Positions 45,216-55,824 are shown, counted from the stretch's first letter. The stretch: DNA of 64,000 nucleotides from Chlamydiales bacterium (GCA_965206695.1 CBDBKM010000002.1:128001-192000); one strand, 5' to 3'. Notes: generated by a model not told the origin, from the letters alone. Translations and numbers: made by a program.

Positions 45216-46070
45216 ATGCACGATTTAAAACAAAGATTGGTCATGAGCGTAATTTGGATAATACTTCTTGTAGTTTTAGTTTACCTCTCTCCTTATTCTG
45301 TTTTCCCTCTGCTTTTTACTGCCGGGTTAGCTTTCGTAATTGGAATTGCTTTATGGGAGTATTATCGCATGGCTCAACATAAAGGGTTTCAACCAATGGT
45401 AGCAATAGGGTTGGTCGGAGGGGTTTGTTATGTCTTTGCTTCTTTTCTTCAAACTCTTGATAGCAACTGGGATTTTGTGCCTATCTGTATTTTAGGCGCT
45501 ATTCTTTTTGCTCTATTTATTTTTTATTTCTATAAAGCTCAAGAACCCTTTCTAAACATTGCAATTACTTTTTTTGGAATTATTTATATAACAACAACCC
45601 TGTCATTGATAATAAATATTAATTTCTATTTTCCAAAGAGTAGTATTCAGGATGGACGGTGGTGGATTCTATATTTATTAGCGGTTACAAAATTTGCCGA
45701 TATAGGAGGATATTTCATTGGTAAGGCTTTTGGAAAACATAAACTTGCTTTGAATATAAGCCCCGGGAAAACAATAGAAGGTTTTATAGGAGGCATTTGC
45801 CTATCGTTATTAGCGAGTCTTTTCCTATGTTTCTTAGATCCTTATTTTGATTATCCTTTGAATATTTACTGGACCCAAGCTATTTTCTTAGGCATTTTGT
45901 TGGGAGTAGTTGCTCAATTGGGAGATTTAGCAGAGTCTTTGTTAAAAAGAGATGCCGGTGTAAAAGATAGTAATAATATGAAAGGACACGGGGGGGTGCT
46001 CGATATGGTTGATTCACTATTGTTTACAGCTCCTGTCATTTATACATTTTTGAAAATTCGGATGGCATAA
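45216..46070 (+). CDS. cdsA: phosphatidate cytidylyltransferase
   Basis: SPGKTIEG, GDLAESLLKRDAGVKDS, GHGGVLD. Confidence 0.96.
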   Translation: MHDLKQRLVMSVIWIILLVVLVYLSPYSVFPLLFTAGLAFVIGIALWEYYRMAQHKGFQPMVAIGLVGGVCYVFASFLQTLDSNWDFVPICILGAILFALFIFYFYKAQEPFLNIAITFFGIIYITTTLSLIININFYFPKSSIQDGRWWILYLLAVTKFADIGGYFIGKAFGKHKLALNISPGKTIEGFIGGICLSLLASLFLCFLDPYFDYPLNIYWTQAIFLGILLGVVAQLGDLAESLLKRDAGVKDSNNMKGHGGVLDMVDSLLFTAPVIYTFLKIRMA

Positions 46071-46735
46071 TGATTATTGCAATAGATGGACCGTCGGGAA
46101 CAGGTAAGAGTACGGTTGCTAAGGTTTTAGCAAAAAAAATCAATTTTATTTATTTCGATACCGGGGCGATGTATCGCGCTGTTTGTCTGGGGATGGATAC
46201 TTTAGGTATTACTTTAAAAGATGAGGCTGCGTTGTTAACATTTTTGAAAGATTTTACTTTTAAAGTAAAAATGATTAAAGGTGAGCCCCATTATTTTATT
46301 GATGATAAAGAAGTAACGCATGAAATTCGTAGTCCTGCCATAACGAGTAAAGCATCGGAAATTGCTGCTTGTAGCGATATACGGGAACGGTTGGTTGATA
46401 TACAGCGTAATTTTGCTGAGGGTGGTGTGAATGCCGTTTTTGAAGGTAGAGATATGGGAACAATAGTATTCCCAAAGGCAGATTTAAAATTATATTTGGA
46501 CGCAAAAGCAGATATTAGAGCTAAACGACGTTATTTAGAAATGAAAGAAAGAGGCTATGACGATCTTTCAGAAGAGAGTATTTATAATGCTATCTTAAAA
46601 AGAGATTACCGAGATTCAACGCGTAAGATCTCTCCTTTAAAACAAGCAAAAGATGCGATTTACATCGATACGTCAAATTTATCAATTCAAGAGGTGCTGG
46701 ATAAGATTTTAAAGCATTGGGAGGCTATACGATGA
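46070..46735 (+). CDS. cmk: cytidylate kinase
   Basis: DGPSGTGKST, DTGAMYR, EGRDMGT. Confidence 0.97.
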   Translation: MIIAIDGPSGTGKSTVAKVLAKKINFIYFDTGAMYRAVCLGMDTLGITLKDEAALLTFLKDFTFKVKMIKGEPHYFIDDKEVTHEIRSPAITSKASEIAACSDIRERLVDIQRNFAEGGVNAVFEGRDMGTIVFPKADLKLYLDAKADIRAKRRYLEMKERGYDDLSEESIYNAILKRDYRDSTRKISPLKQAKDAIYIDTSNLSIQEVLDKILKHWEAIR

Positions 46736-47391
46736 ACTTTAAAGGTGATGCTTCTTTGTTTTATCGTTTTAGTCGATGGTGTACACTTATGTTTTATCGT
46801 ATTTTCTATCGATTTGAAGCTTATGGCGTCGACGAACACTGGTGTGATGGACCGGCCATTATTGCTGCTAATCATACGAGTTTCTACGATCCCCCTGCTG
46901 TTGGGATCGCAGTAAAAAAAGGTATTCATTATTTAGCGCGTAAGTCATTATTTCGTTTCCCTATTTTTGGTTTTATGTTGAAAAGGTATCATGTTCATCC
47001 GTTAGATGAGGGAAGTGCAACTTCTGCTATTAAAGCCGTGACTACATTATTATCTCAAAATAAACAAGTTGTTATTTTTCCTGAAGGTACTCGTCAGAAA
47101 GATGATAAAATAGGAAAGGTTAAAGCAGGGATAGGTATGTTAGTCCAAAGAACACAATGTCCTATTATTCCGGTGTATATTTTGGGTGCCTATCAAGTTT
47201 GGAATCGGCATCGTCGATTGCCTAAATTATATGGCAAGATTATTTGCGTTGTAGGGTCGCCAATTAAATGGGAGAATTTTGCTCAGATGGATCGCAAGAA
47301 AGCGCAAAAAGCAGTTGTTGAGAAATGGAAAGAGTCTCTTGCAGCCCTTAAAAACTGGTATGAAAATGATGCTAAAGGTTCCCCGCCTTAA
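46732..47391 (+). CDS. plsC: 1-acyl-sn-glycerol-3-phosphate acyltransferase
   Basis: NHTSFYD, FPEGTR; ATGA overlap with cmk stop. Confidence 0.92.
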   Translation: MNFKGDASLFYRFSRWCTLMFYRIFYRFEAYGVDEHWCDGPAIIAANHTSFYDPPAVGIAVKKGIHYLARKSLFRFPIFGFMLKRYHVHPLDEGSATSAIKAVTTLLSQNKQVVIFPEGTRQKDDKIGKVKAGIGMLVQRTQCPIIPVYILGAYQVWNRHRRLPKLYGKIICVVGSPIKWENFAQMDRKKAQKAVVEKWKESLAALKNWYENDAKGSPP

Positions 47392-47607
47392 TCATTTATT
47401 TAATTAAACAGACTAATTAGGTCATCTTAACTTAGATAGAAATTTCAATATTGCTGCCTTTAGAAATAAAGGCTTATCGGGATTTTGTCTTTAAAAAAGC
47501 CCCTTACCTCTCATTGAAGATCAGTTATATCACGGGTCTTTTTTACCTGAAACTCAAAAGTGCTTCTTTGATGTGGAGTTAATTGGTTCATACAAAACTA
47601 ATATCAT

Positions 47608-47679
47608 ATTTATACTTTTTTGTGTACCTTTCAGTAGCGAAGAGTATATACTAAAAAGCAGTCGATAATTTAAACCTTT
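47608..47679 (+). repeat. partial copy of the IS605 mini-element at 20890..21041
   Basis: Reverse-complement match: TTTATACTTTTT..CCTTTCAGTAGCGAAGAGT.TATACT..GCAGTCG.TAATTTAA.CCTTT. Confidence 0.75.
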
Positions 47680-47707
47680 ATCTCTTTAGAATAGGACTGT
47701 TATTTAA

Positions 47708-48436
47708 GTGTACGAAAATGCTTTAGAAATTAAAAATCTTTATAAATCTTACGGTGACTTTGAAGCTCTAAAAAACATTAATCTCACAATCAAAAAAGGG
47801 GATTTTTTTGGTTTCCTGGGACGTAATGGGGCCGGTAAGACAACCACTATACATACTATCTGTGGTATTAATAAATTTGATGCAGGATCAATAGAAGTAT
47901 GTGGCCATGATGTTATACATGATGAGCGTGCGGCTAAAACTTCGATCGGCCTATCTTCTCAAGAATATAATGTCGATATGTTTATGCCTCTAAAAAAAAT
48001 TCTTTGGAATATGGGTGGGCTTTATGGCGTCCCTGCAAAAACAAGAAAAGTTCGCATTGAAGAGCTCTTAACTATTTTTAATCTAAAAGAGCATCAGAAT
48101 AAAACTTTTCGCCACCTATCAGGCGGGATGAAAAGGCGCGCTATTTTAGCAAGAGCCATGATCCATGACCCCGAACTATTGATTTTGGATGAACCAACAG
48201 CCGGCTTAGATATTGAGCTTCGACATGAACTTTGGGAATACTTACTGAAAATCAATAAAATGGGAAAAACCATTTTATTGACCTCTCATTATTTAGAAGA
48301 AGTCGAAATACTGTGCGAGACGATTGCTATCATCCATTTAGGAAAAATGATAAAAGTAGATAAAAAAGAAAATTATTTAAAAGATGGTATTCGTCTAGAA
48401 AAACAATTTATGGACATGACTAAAGAAGTAAGATGA
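47708..48436 (+). CDS. ABC transporter ATP-binding protein (YadG-like)
   Basis: GRNGAGKTT, LSGGMKRR, LDEPTAGLD. Confidence 0.92.
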   Translation: MYENALEIKNLYKSYGDFEALKNINLTIKKGDFFGFLGRNGAGKTTTIHTICGINKFDAGSIEVCGHDVIHDERAAKTSIGLSSQEYNVDMFMPLKKILWNMGGLYGVPAKTRKVRIEELLTIFNLKEHQNKTFRHLSGGMKRRAILARAMIHDPELLILDEPTAGLDIELRHELWEYLLKINKMGKTILLTSHYLEEVEILCETIAIIHLGKMIKVDKKENYLKDGIRLEKQFMDMTKEVR

Positions 48437-49200
48437 ACATTAACTTTATTGGAACCTATACCCTTATCCAGTCAGAAGCTCAGCGATTTTTAAGAACCGT
48501 TATCCAATCTCTTGTGGGCCCTTGGGTCAATGCTTTATTATATATCTTTATCTTCGGATATGTTGTTGGTTTTAAAATTAATTTTATACCCGGATTTCGA
48601 TATATTGAATTTGTACTACCCGGTATCTTAATGTTAAACGTTATCACCGCAGCTTTTTTGCAAACGTCTTTTTCTATCTTCCATAGGCGTTTTTCCGGCC
48701 ATATTGAAGAAATACTAATAGCCCCCTTATCTACATACGAGATTATTTTTGGATATGTTGTTGGCGCTGTTTTACGTAGTATTTGTGTAGGCATAGGCAT
48801 TTATATCATTGCTATTTGCTTTCAAATCGCCTCTATTGAACATATAGGTTCTTTTTTTTTCTATATCATATCCGTTTCAATTATCTTTGCGTTTTTAGGA
48901 ATTGTCACCGGCCTTTGGTCAGAGACTTTTGAACAACTCGCTGTCTTTCAAACCTTTGTTATCACCCCCCTAACTTTTCTTGGCGGAATTTTTAATTCTA
49001 TTGATATGCTCCCTGAAAACATTCAGACCATTTTGCGTTTCAATCCTTTTTTTTATTTCGTAGATGGTCTTCGATATGCCATGATCGGCTATCAGGAATC
49101 CACTCTATTTCTTCGTTCTTTAGTAATCGCTATTCTTATTCTCCTCTCTGCTTCTTGGGCTGTACTTTTATTAGCTAGAGGATATAAAATAAAAACATAA
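48433..49200 (+). CDS. ABC-2 permease (YadH-like)
   Basis: 6 TM, PLTFLGGIF, NPFFYFVDGLRY. Confidence 0.9.
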   Translation: MNINFIGTYTLIQSEAQRFLRTVIQSLVGPWVNALLYIFIFGYVVGFKINFIPGFRYIEFVLPGILMLNVITAAFLQTSFSIFHRRFSGHIEEILIAPLSTYEIIFGYVVGAVLRSICVGIGIYIIAICFQIASIEHIGSFFFYIISVSIIFAFLGIVTGLWSETFEQLAVFQTFVITPLTFLGGIFNSIDMLPENIQTILRFNPFFYFVDGLRYAMIGYQESTLFLRSLVIAILILLSASWAVLLLARGYKIKT

Positions 49201-49217
49201 AATCAAATTATAATTAA

Positions 49218-50465
49218 GTGTTCAAAATGCCGTTAAAAACCTCTTATTCAAAGTTTTCGTTATTTTTTAATCATCTATACAGAAGGACCCTTTACCCGGC
49301 ACCAAAGAAATTAGAATCCTTTCTAATTTCTCATTGTATTCAAAGCCTTCCCAAAGTGTTTCCTCGCCTTAATACAGCTAAAGCTTTTGGCATTCCTAAA
49401 GGCATCACTTCTATTAAATCTTTTCCGAAACAAACGATTTACCCTTCTAAAACGATTAATCGCCCTCCTCCTAAAACTCTTTATTCTAAAATCTCTGATC
49501 GTTTTCCTACTTCTACCACTATACCTGAAGCCAATGTTTTAGCTCTACCCAATGGTATTGTAACTCAGAAAGGGGGAGTTCTGACAGCTAATGGAGATTT
49601 GATTGAAGAATTGACTATACAATACGGTCTACAAAATATTTTAGATCATAAGCTATTCCGTATCCGCTTAAAAAACTTTTGGAAAAAATGTCAGCATTTT
49701 AATGGCACCGTAGCATGGCTGACCATGGATAAACAAGGTAATTTAGCTCATTGGTGTTATGATATACTCCCTCGTTTAGATCTTTATAAAAAGGGCGGCT
49801 ATTCTCCTGATAAAATTTATGTTAAATTAGATCATGATTATCAGTTAGAAAGTTTAAAATTGATGGGTTTTAGAGATGATCAAATCATTGATGCCAACAT
49901 CTATCCGTTTATCTCTGCTGATATAATGCTAGTCGGAACAACCCCTTGCTCCCCGGGGGTTCCTAATGATTGGATTTGTCGATTTTTAAGAGAATCTTAC
50001 TTAAGTAATATCCATAGATATTTAAAAGATCACCGTTTTCCTAAATGTATTTATATTTCCAGAAGTCTTACTCCCAGACGTCAGATTCATGATGAAGACA
50101 AACTTATCAAATTATTAAAAAAATATGGATTTGTCTTATTTAGACCTGAACAAGTGAGTTTTTTAAAAAGCGCTGCTTATTTTGCTAATGCTGATGTTAT
50201 TTTATCTCCTCATGGCGCTGCATTATCGAGGCTGGTTTTTTCCAAGCCAAAATCAAAATGCATTGAAATTCTTTCTAACCATCTAGCTAATGTTTTTTAC
50301 TGGCATCTTTGCGAGGAAAACTCGATTGATTATTACTATTTAGAAGGAAAAGCAACGGATTTAAATCAAGGCAGACTTGCTAAAGGGCATAAAAGTTCCC
50401 TTACGGTTAACTTAGATCATTTAGAACAAACTTTTAAGCTGGCCGATATAGCCCCTGATCATTAA
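49218..50465 (+). CDS. glycosyltransferase family 61 (DUF563) protein
   Basis: N..HW.YDILPRL, IYISR...RR, ILSPHGAAL. Confidence 0.85.
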   Translation: MFKMPLKTSYSKFSLFFNHLYRRTLYPAPKKLESFLISHCIQSLPKVFPRLNTAKAFGIPKGITSIKSFPKQTIYPSKTINRPPPKTLYSKISDRFPTSTTIPEANVLALPNGIVTQKGGVLTANGDLIEELTIQYGLQNILDHKLFRIRLKNFWKKCQHFNGTVAWLTMDKQGNLAHWCYDILPRLDLYKKGGYSPDKIYVKLDHDYQLESLKLMGFRDDQIIDANIYPFISADIMLVGTTPCSPGVPNDWICRFLRESYLSNIHRYLKDHRFPKCIYISRSLTPRRQIHDEDKLIKLLKKYGFVLFRPEQVSFLKSAAYFANADVILSPHGAALSRLVFSKPKSKCIEILSNHLANVFYWHLCEENSIDYYYLEGKATDLNQGRLAKGHKSSLTVNLDHLEQTFKLADIAPDH

Positions 50466-50477
50466 CTTTTTTTCATT

Positions 50478-52286
50478 ATGGTGATTGATCTTAAAACCTT
50501 TTCGTCAAAACCCGGCGTCTACCTTATGAAAGATAAGGCCGGCAAGGTATTATATGTCGGTAAAGCTAATAATTTAAAGAAACGTATTCAACAGTATTAC
50601 ATTCCCGGCCGAGACTCTCGACCACAAATTGAAATCCTCATCTCACAGATTCATGACATTGATACTATCATTGTATCTTCTGAAAAAGAAGCTCTTCTTT
50701 TGGAAAATACACTCATCAAAAAATATACTCCGAAATACAACATCCTTTTAAAAGACGATAAAACATTTATTAGCTTAAAACTATCCAAACATCAATGGCC
50801 AACCCTTCGTCTCGTTCGATATAAAGGAAAACCAAAATCCGACGGCACCTATTTCGGCCCTTATACCGGTGCTATTGCCGCAAGAGAGACTTTAGATGTC
50901 ATCCAACGTATTTTTCCACTAAGGGAATGCTCTGATAAGGAATTAATGAACCGAACGAGACCCTGTATCCTTTATCAAATCAAACGTTGCATTGCACCTT
51001 GTGTTAATAAATGTACGCAAAAAGAGTACGATTTAGAAGTTAAGCGAACGATTCAATTTTTGCGCGGTCAAGATAAAGAAGTCTTTCAAAACCTTTATAA
51101 GAAAATGCAAAAAGCAAGTGATCAACTTGAATTTGAGAAAGCTCGGGATATTTTTAAAACGATAAAAAAGATGGAAGACACTATTGAAAAACAAAGAGTT
51201 ATTAAAGCAAATAATAAAGATATAGATGTTTTAAATCTCTATCGTCAAGCAGATGAGATCGTTATTACAGCATTAGCCTTCCATGCAGGTAAATTAATTT
51301 CATCAGAAAGCCACGCCTTCAAAGATCTTTTTTTAGAGGATAAGGAACTCATTGCTTCTTTCATTATGCAACACTATATAGCCAAAGAAATCCTTCCTCA
51401 TGAAATTTTAACTCCTGTTTTAGTCGAATCCCCTAAATTACTCAGTGAGCTGATAAGCGATAAAAAAACTCGTCCGGCACATATTTATCGTCCCATAAAA
51501 GGTGATAACAAGGCATTACTTCATCTGGCTTATGAAAATGCTCGGGCCTATTTTAATAAAGATCGGGATATCAAAAAGACAAATGAAAAAATCTTACTTC
51601 AACTTCAAGAACGTTTAAAGCTAATGAATTATCCTGAAAGAATCGAATGTTTTGACAATTCTCATACCGGTGGCTCTTCTCCGGTATCCGCAATGGTTTG
51701 TTATATTGACGGGATAAGGGATAAAAACCATACACGTAAATTTCATATCCGAGGAAAGAGCCATGATATAGCCGCGATGCAAGAAGTCCTTTTTAGACAA
51801 TATCAAAAAGCAACAGAGAAGAATGACTTTCCTGATCTGGTCATTGTTGATGGAGGCAAAGCACAATTGAATATCGCCAAGCAAGTCTTTAACGAATTAA
51901 ATATTGCTAATGTAGATGTCATTGGACTTGCTAAAGACCGGGGACGTCATGATAAAGGCTGCACTTTAGAAAAGATCTATATCTCAGATAAAAAGGACCC
52001 TATCATCCTTCCCGGACATTCTCCCCTACTATTTTTTCTTCAACGTATTCGTGATGAAGCTCATAATACGGTTCTTAATTTTCATAAAACAAACCGCTCT
52101 AAAAAAATTATTACCACTAAACTTGATAATATTCCCGGTATAGGCCCGGTTAAGCGAAAAGCTCTATTACGCAACTTTGGCAGTTTAAAACGCATTAAAG
52201 AAGCTGATTTCGATGACTTACTCACTGTCAAAGGGATAAGCAAAAAAAATGCTGAGCAAATTATTCAATTTGCAGCTTCGGATTAA
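50478..52286 (+). CDS. uvrC: excinuclease ABC subunit C
   Basis: PGVYLM, LYVGKA, IECFDNSH, VDGGKAQL, RIRDEAH, HhH motifs. Confidence 0.98.
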   Translation: MVIDLKTFSSKPGVYLMKDKAGKVLYVGKANNLKKRIQQYYIPGRDSRPQIEILISQIHDIDTIIVSSEKEALLLENTLIKKYTPKYNILLKDDKTFISLKLSKHQWPTLRLVRYKGKPKSDGTYFGPYTGAIAARETLDVIQRIFPLRECSDKELMNRTRPCILYQIKRCIAPCVNKCTQKEYDLEVKRTIQFLRGQDKEVFQNLYKKMQKASDQLEFEKARDIFKTIKKMEDTIEKQRVIKANNKDIDVLNLYRQADEIVITALAFHAGKLISSESHAFKDLFLEDKELIASFIMQHYIAKEILPHEILTPVLVESPKLLSELISDKKTRPAHIYRPIKGDNKALLHLAYENARAYFNKDRDIKKTNEKILLQLQERLKLMNYPERIECFDNSHTGGSSPVSAMVCYIDGIRDKNHTRKFHIRGKSHDIAAMQEVLFRQYQKATEKNDFPDLVIVDGGKAQLNIAKQVFNELNIANVDVIGLAKDRGRHDKGCTLEKIYISDKKDPIILPGHSPLLFFLQRIRDEAHNTVLNFHKTNRSKKIITTKLDNIPGIGPVKRKALLRNFGSLKRIKEADFDDLLTVKGISKKNAEQIIQFAASD

Positions 52287-52332
52287 CCACTTAACCCCTA
52301 ACAACTTATTAACTAATATCAAAAATTAGCAC

Positions 52333-52361
52333 TTGATTTTTAAATCAAAATATTCTATAAT
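52333..52361 (+). promoter_or_regulatory. sigma66-type promoter
   Basis: TTGATT-17nt-TATAAT, overlapping inverted repeat TTGATTT-TT-AAATCAA. Confidence 0.55.
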
Positions 52362-52386
52362 GAATTTGTAAAGCAAAACCACATAG

Positions 52387-52581
52387 GTGTTAGTAATGTC
52401 GAAAAAAGATTATAAAATAAAGAAAAGTAAAGCATTAACTAAACAAAGAAAATTAGTTTTTGATCATAATATTGACAATACTCTTAACGGTTACAACAAA
52501 GATACTCTATCAAGCAATCATTTAATTAAAGAATCGATTGAAGAAGATCTCAAAAATTTAGAAGATTTATATCAATCTTAG
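52387..52581 (+). CDS. small hypothetical protein
   Basis: 64-aa ORF downstream of a near-consensus promoter. Confidence 0.4.
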   Translation: MLVMSKKDYKIKKSKALTKQRKLVFDHNIDNTLNGYNKDTLSSNHLIKESIEEDLKNLEDLYQS

Positions 52582-52594
52582 GTTAGGCAATCAA

Positions 52595-53102
52595 TTACTT
52601 TGCATTATATACAGTAAAGAGATATTGTTTGTCATAACCAAATAAATGTTTAAGACGAATACTTAGTCCCAATTCGATCCGTTCAAGGATTTTGATATGT
52701 TCGTCTAATGATTCATTTGGAAAATCAGCAATAATTTCTATTTTATTTTTTTCAATAGAGACTTCACTATAAATTTTATATTGAGGAAGTTCCGTTTTTA
52801 AATAATCTTGAACACATGTTGAGACTGCTTCAGGTGAAATAGATAATGTTCCTCTTTGCATCTCCAATTGATAATAATATTTTCCGGATAAAAAATGAAA
52901 AGCTAAAAATACAAAAAACACCTAATGCGACTAAGACAAACCCGGTGATATGAAAAGAAAAGGGTTGGCTTATAACGATGTAAGCTATTGTCTGTAACAG
53001 ATGAGGTACCCGGGGCAGCAAAAATACCACTACCCCAAGAAATATTATCAAAATAGCAAATAGCAAACTAATAAATGAAAAGAAGAGAAAAGAGGGACGC
53101 AT
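52595..53102 (-). pseudogene. membrane protein (AmaP-like, Asp23 partner), split by one +1 frameshift
   Basis: Removing one T from the T6 run near 52913..52918 fuses the two ORFs (..LGVFVFLAFHFLSGKYYY..). Confidence 0.6.
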
Positions 53103-53104
53103 CT

Positions 53105-53572
53105 TTAAAATTTGGTCGTATATTCATGTTCTGTTTCATCAGCTAACATCATTGAAGAAGCCTCGGATAGATCGCTGCTTTCTTGCTCATCTCCACTTAG
53201 TAACATGTTTTTTATAATAACATGTACACATCCAACATGTAAGCCTGTCAATGTGTTAATTTCTTCCGATACTTTATTTTGGATTTCGCTCGCTTTTTCA
53301 GGAATAGAAATGCCATAAGAAATATTAATTTCAACTTTTACATTGACAACCGGATTTTTATCTTCCTGTTCAACATAAATACCTTTAACTCTATCAACAT
53401 TTCCTCTATTTAGAATAGCATCAATTAAATTGCCTTCAATTAAAGTGATACTTTCGATATTGGTAAGAACTTGTAAAACAATAGCTTGAAAAACACGGTT
53501 TTCAATATCTCGAACATAAGTGGTTTCAGGCAATTCAAATTCTTTGGTATCAACATTAGCTTGATCATCCAC
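53105..53572 (-). CDS. Asp23/Gls24-family protein
   Basis: VEINISYGISIPEKASEIQNKV..TLTGLHV.CVHV. Confidence 0.9.
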   Translation of the reverse strand: MDDQANVDTKEFELPETTYVRDIENRVFQAIVLQVLTNIESITLIEGNLIDAILNRGNVDRVKGIYVEQEDKNPVVNVKVEINISYGISIPEKASEIQNKVSEEINTLTGLHVGCVHVIIKNMLLSGDEQESSDLSEASSMMLADETEHEYTTKF

Positions 53573-53650
53573 AACTTAACCTCCTGTTTACTTTGAAAAC
53601 AGCGATTATACTCTTTCTAAGAATTAACCTACAATGCTTCTTTAGATATT

Positions 53651-54554
53651 AGACTTCTGTCGAAACTCATTGTGCCACCTCCAAATTGTAAATGCCGGCA
53701 ATTAGATTAAAACGAAGAGCAAACCTTTTACGCCTATTTCCGTAACGATCAGTTATAATCTTAAATCGCTTTAAACGGGCAATGACATGTTCATTGAGAA
53801 CTCGTTCTTTGGAAAGCTGTCGATTGCGTTTCTTATCATCTTTAGTCAATGGCTTCTTTTTACTTTTTTTCTTTGGCATTTGGGTCTTAGAGTGAATATC
53901 TTGTAGACCTTGATATCCGGTATCAGTCAACACATTTATTTCCGGACGGATTTGTATTTTTGACTCTTTGAATAATCTGAAATCATGTAGCTTGCCATTC
54001 GAGAATGTCGTACAGATTACTTGTTGCGTCTTCTTGTTCACAACAACCTGAGTTTTTAGCGTATATTTTTTCTTTTTTCCTGAGTAAAAATACTTCTGTT
54101 TTTTTTGGGCCTTTCAATACGCGTTTCTGTTGCATCGATTAAAATAACGTCATATTCAACATCGCTCTTTAGAAGAGCTTTGCGTCCGGGCAAAGAGAAA
54201 TCAGGGTGCTTGATTAATGTATCCTCGACCCACCTTACAGTTTTATAGGCAGTACTCTCACTAACACCGTAACTTTGACTCACATGGAAATAAGTCCCGT
54301 ATTCTCGGATATATTCTAGAGTCATAAGCAGCATATCCTTTATGCTTAGTGTGTTCTTCCTAATACCTTTAACTTTTTTGAGTTTGTTCGATTCTTCTAA
54401 AATCAACTGCATCCTATCAAATGTAGCTTTCTTAATGCCCGTTAGCCGACGAAATTTTTCGTCGTCTAAACTTTTAACTGTTTCAAACTTCATGTTATCC
54501 TCACTTATTTTAACAAGAACATTATTATCAAAAAATTAGTTTCGAAAAAAGTCT
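53651..54554 (-). mobile_element. IS5-family element, two ORFs joined by -1 shift at an A8 run
   Basis: TIRs AGACTTCTGTCGAAACT / AGTTTCGAAAAAAGTCT, ATT duplication; IDATE..IERPKK, DTGYQG, RVLNEHV. Confidence 0.93.
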
Positions 54555-54576
54555 ATTATAATATTTTGTTTAATTA

Positions 54577-54652
54577 CTCACCTTACGAACACACTCTCAT
54601 AAAGAGAGCTTGATTCTGTAGCTTGCTTATTAAAAAGCGTGCGTAAGGTGAG
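54577..54652. mobile_element. 76-bp MITE
   Basis: TIRs CTCACCTTACGAACAC / GCGTGCGTAAGGTGAG (14/16), flanked by TTAATTA direct repeat. Confidence 0.7.
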
Positions 54653-54725
54653 TTAATTATGCATTGCAGAAATTATTAGTTCTTCATATCTTGAAAAAAT
54701 ATATAAAAAGAAGGAAAATGACTGT

Positions 54726-55187
54726 ATGAATCCACCAGATCTTTATTTAATTTCTTTTATAGCCTTGTTCGTTGGGGCGATTTGCTGTTTTGTTTCTAAG
54801 AAACGAGGTCGTAGACCCTTACTTTGGTTTTTCTTAGGATTTTCTTTCGGAATTTTAATGATACTTCTCCTTTATATCCTTCCAAATAAAAATAGGCTTA
54901 CTCAGAAACCTGCATTTGTAGAATCCCGGTCAAATCCAATTTCCTATGCTCCGGAAAGCATGGTCGAAACGACAACTATTCATTTACCTCAAATTGAAGT
55001 AGGTGCTCATCCTTGGTACTATCTTGATGTGGAGGATCAACAGTTAGGACCTGTAGATTTTTCTGTGTTAAAACAAGAATGGAAAAATGAAAAGATCACT
55101 GCTCAGTCATTTATATGGACTCAAGGAATGAATGATTGGCAACGAATAACAGATTTTAGTGACATTGAAAGAGATCTAGATGAATGA
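54726..55187 (+). CDS. membrane protein with C-terminal GYF_2 (DUF4339) domain
   Basis: KRGRRPLLWFFLG; WYY...QQLGPV...IWTQGMNDWQRI. Confidence 0.85.
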   Translation: MNPPDLYLISFIALFVGAICCFVSKKRGRRPLLWFFLGFSFGILMILLLYILPNKNRLTQKPAFVESRSNPISYAPESMVETTTIHLPQIEVGAHPWYYLDVEDQQLGPVDFSVLKQEWKNEKITAQSFIWTQGMNDWQRITDFSDIERDLDE

Positions 55188-55231
55188 TAACGCCCCTTTT
55201 GATTAAGAGGCATTGCGTAAGTAAAAAAGGA

Positions 55232-55537
55232 TTACCAGCTTGCTTTAAACACACCCGGAATCAAACCATCATTTGCCATATCTCTGAAGCAGATACGGGA
55301 CATTTTAAACTTTCGTAAATAACCACGACATCTTCCGGTAAGCAAACAACGATTTCTAAGTCGCACAGGAGAGGAGTTCGGTGATAATTTATTCAATTTC
55401 ATTCGAGCCTCTTGGCGCTCTTCTTCACTTTTATCAAGATTTTTAATAATCGCTTTTAGTTCTTGACGTTTTTCCCATTTCAGGCGAACAAGCCTTTCTC
55501 TTCGCTCTTGTTTGGCAATGGAAGAATTCTTGGCCAT
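55232..55537 (-). CDS. rpsN: 30S ribosomal protein S14
   Basis: [35 protein letters not shown]. Confidence 0.98.
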   Translation of the reverse strand: MAKNSSIAKQERRERLVRLKWEKRQELKAIIKNLDKSEEERQEARMKLNKLSPNSSPVRLRNRCLLTGRCRGYLRKFKMSRICFRDMANDGLIPGVFKASW

Positions 55538-55553
55538 AGTCTATAACTCCTAT

Positions 55554-55691
55554 CTACTTTTTACGGGCAGGCCCTTTTTGACGCTGCTTACGATTTGGAT
55601 CTTTCTTATTAATGACATAAAGACGACCGTTGCGACGTACAATTATATCCCCTTTTAATGGGTCAGCCTTTACCGATGCTTTGACTTTCAT
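55554..55691 (-). CDS. rpmJ: 50S ribosomal protein L36 (cysteine-free type); absent from ORF track
   Basis: [45 protein letters not shown] (45 aa). Confidence 0.96.
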   Translation of the reverse strand: MKVKASVKADPLKGDIIVRRNGRLYVINKKDPNRKQRQKGPARKK

Positions 55692-55824
55692 ATTCTCAAT
55701 CCGGTTATTAAATTTCTCAGTTACGTTTATAAAAGATTTCGTAATTTAACTCAATTGATTTCCCATAAATTAACATTGACAATCATTACCTAAACATGAG
55801 AGCATTTATTACATTAAAAATTTT

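Noticed and set aside
52326..52352. CIRCE-like TTAGCACT
   Set aside because: Second half-site GAGTGCTAA is absent
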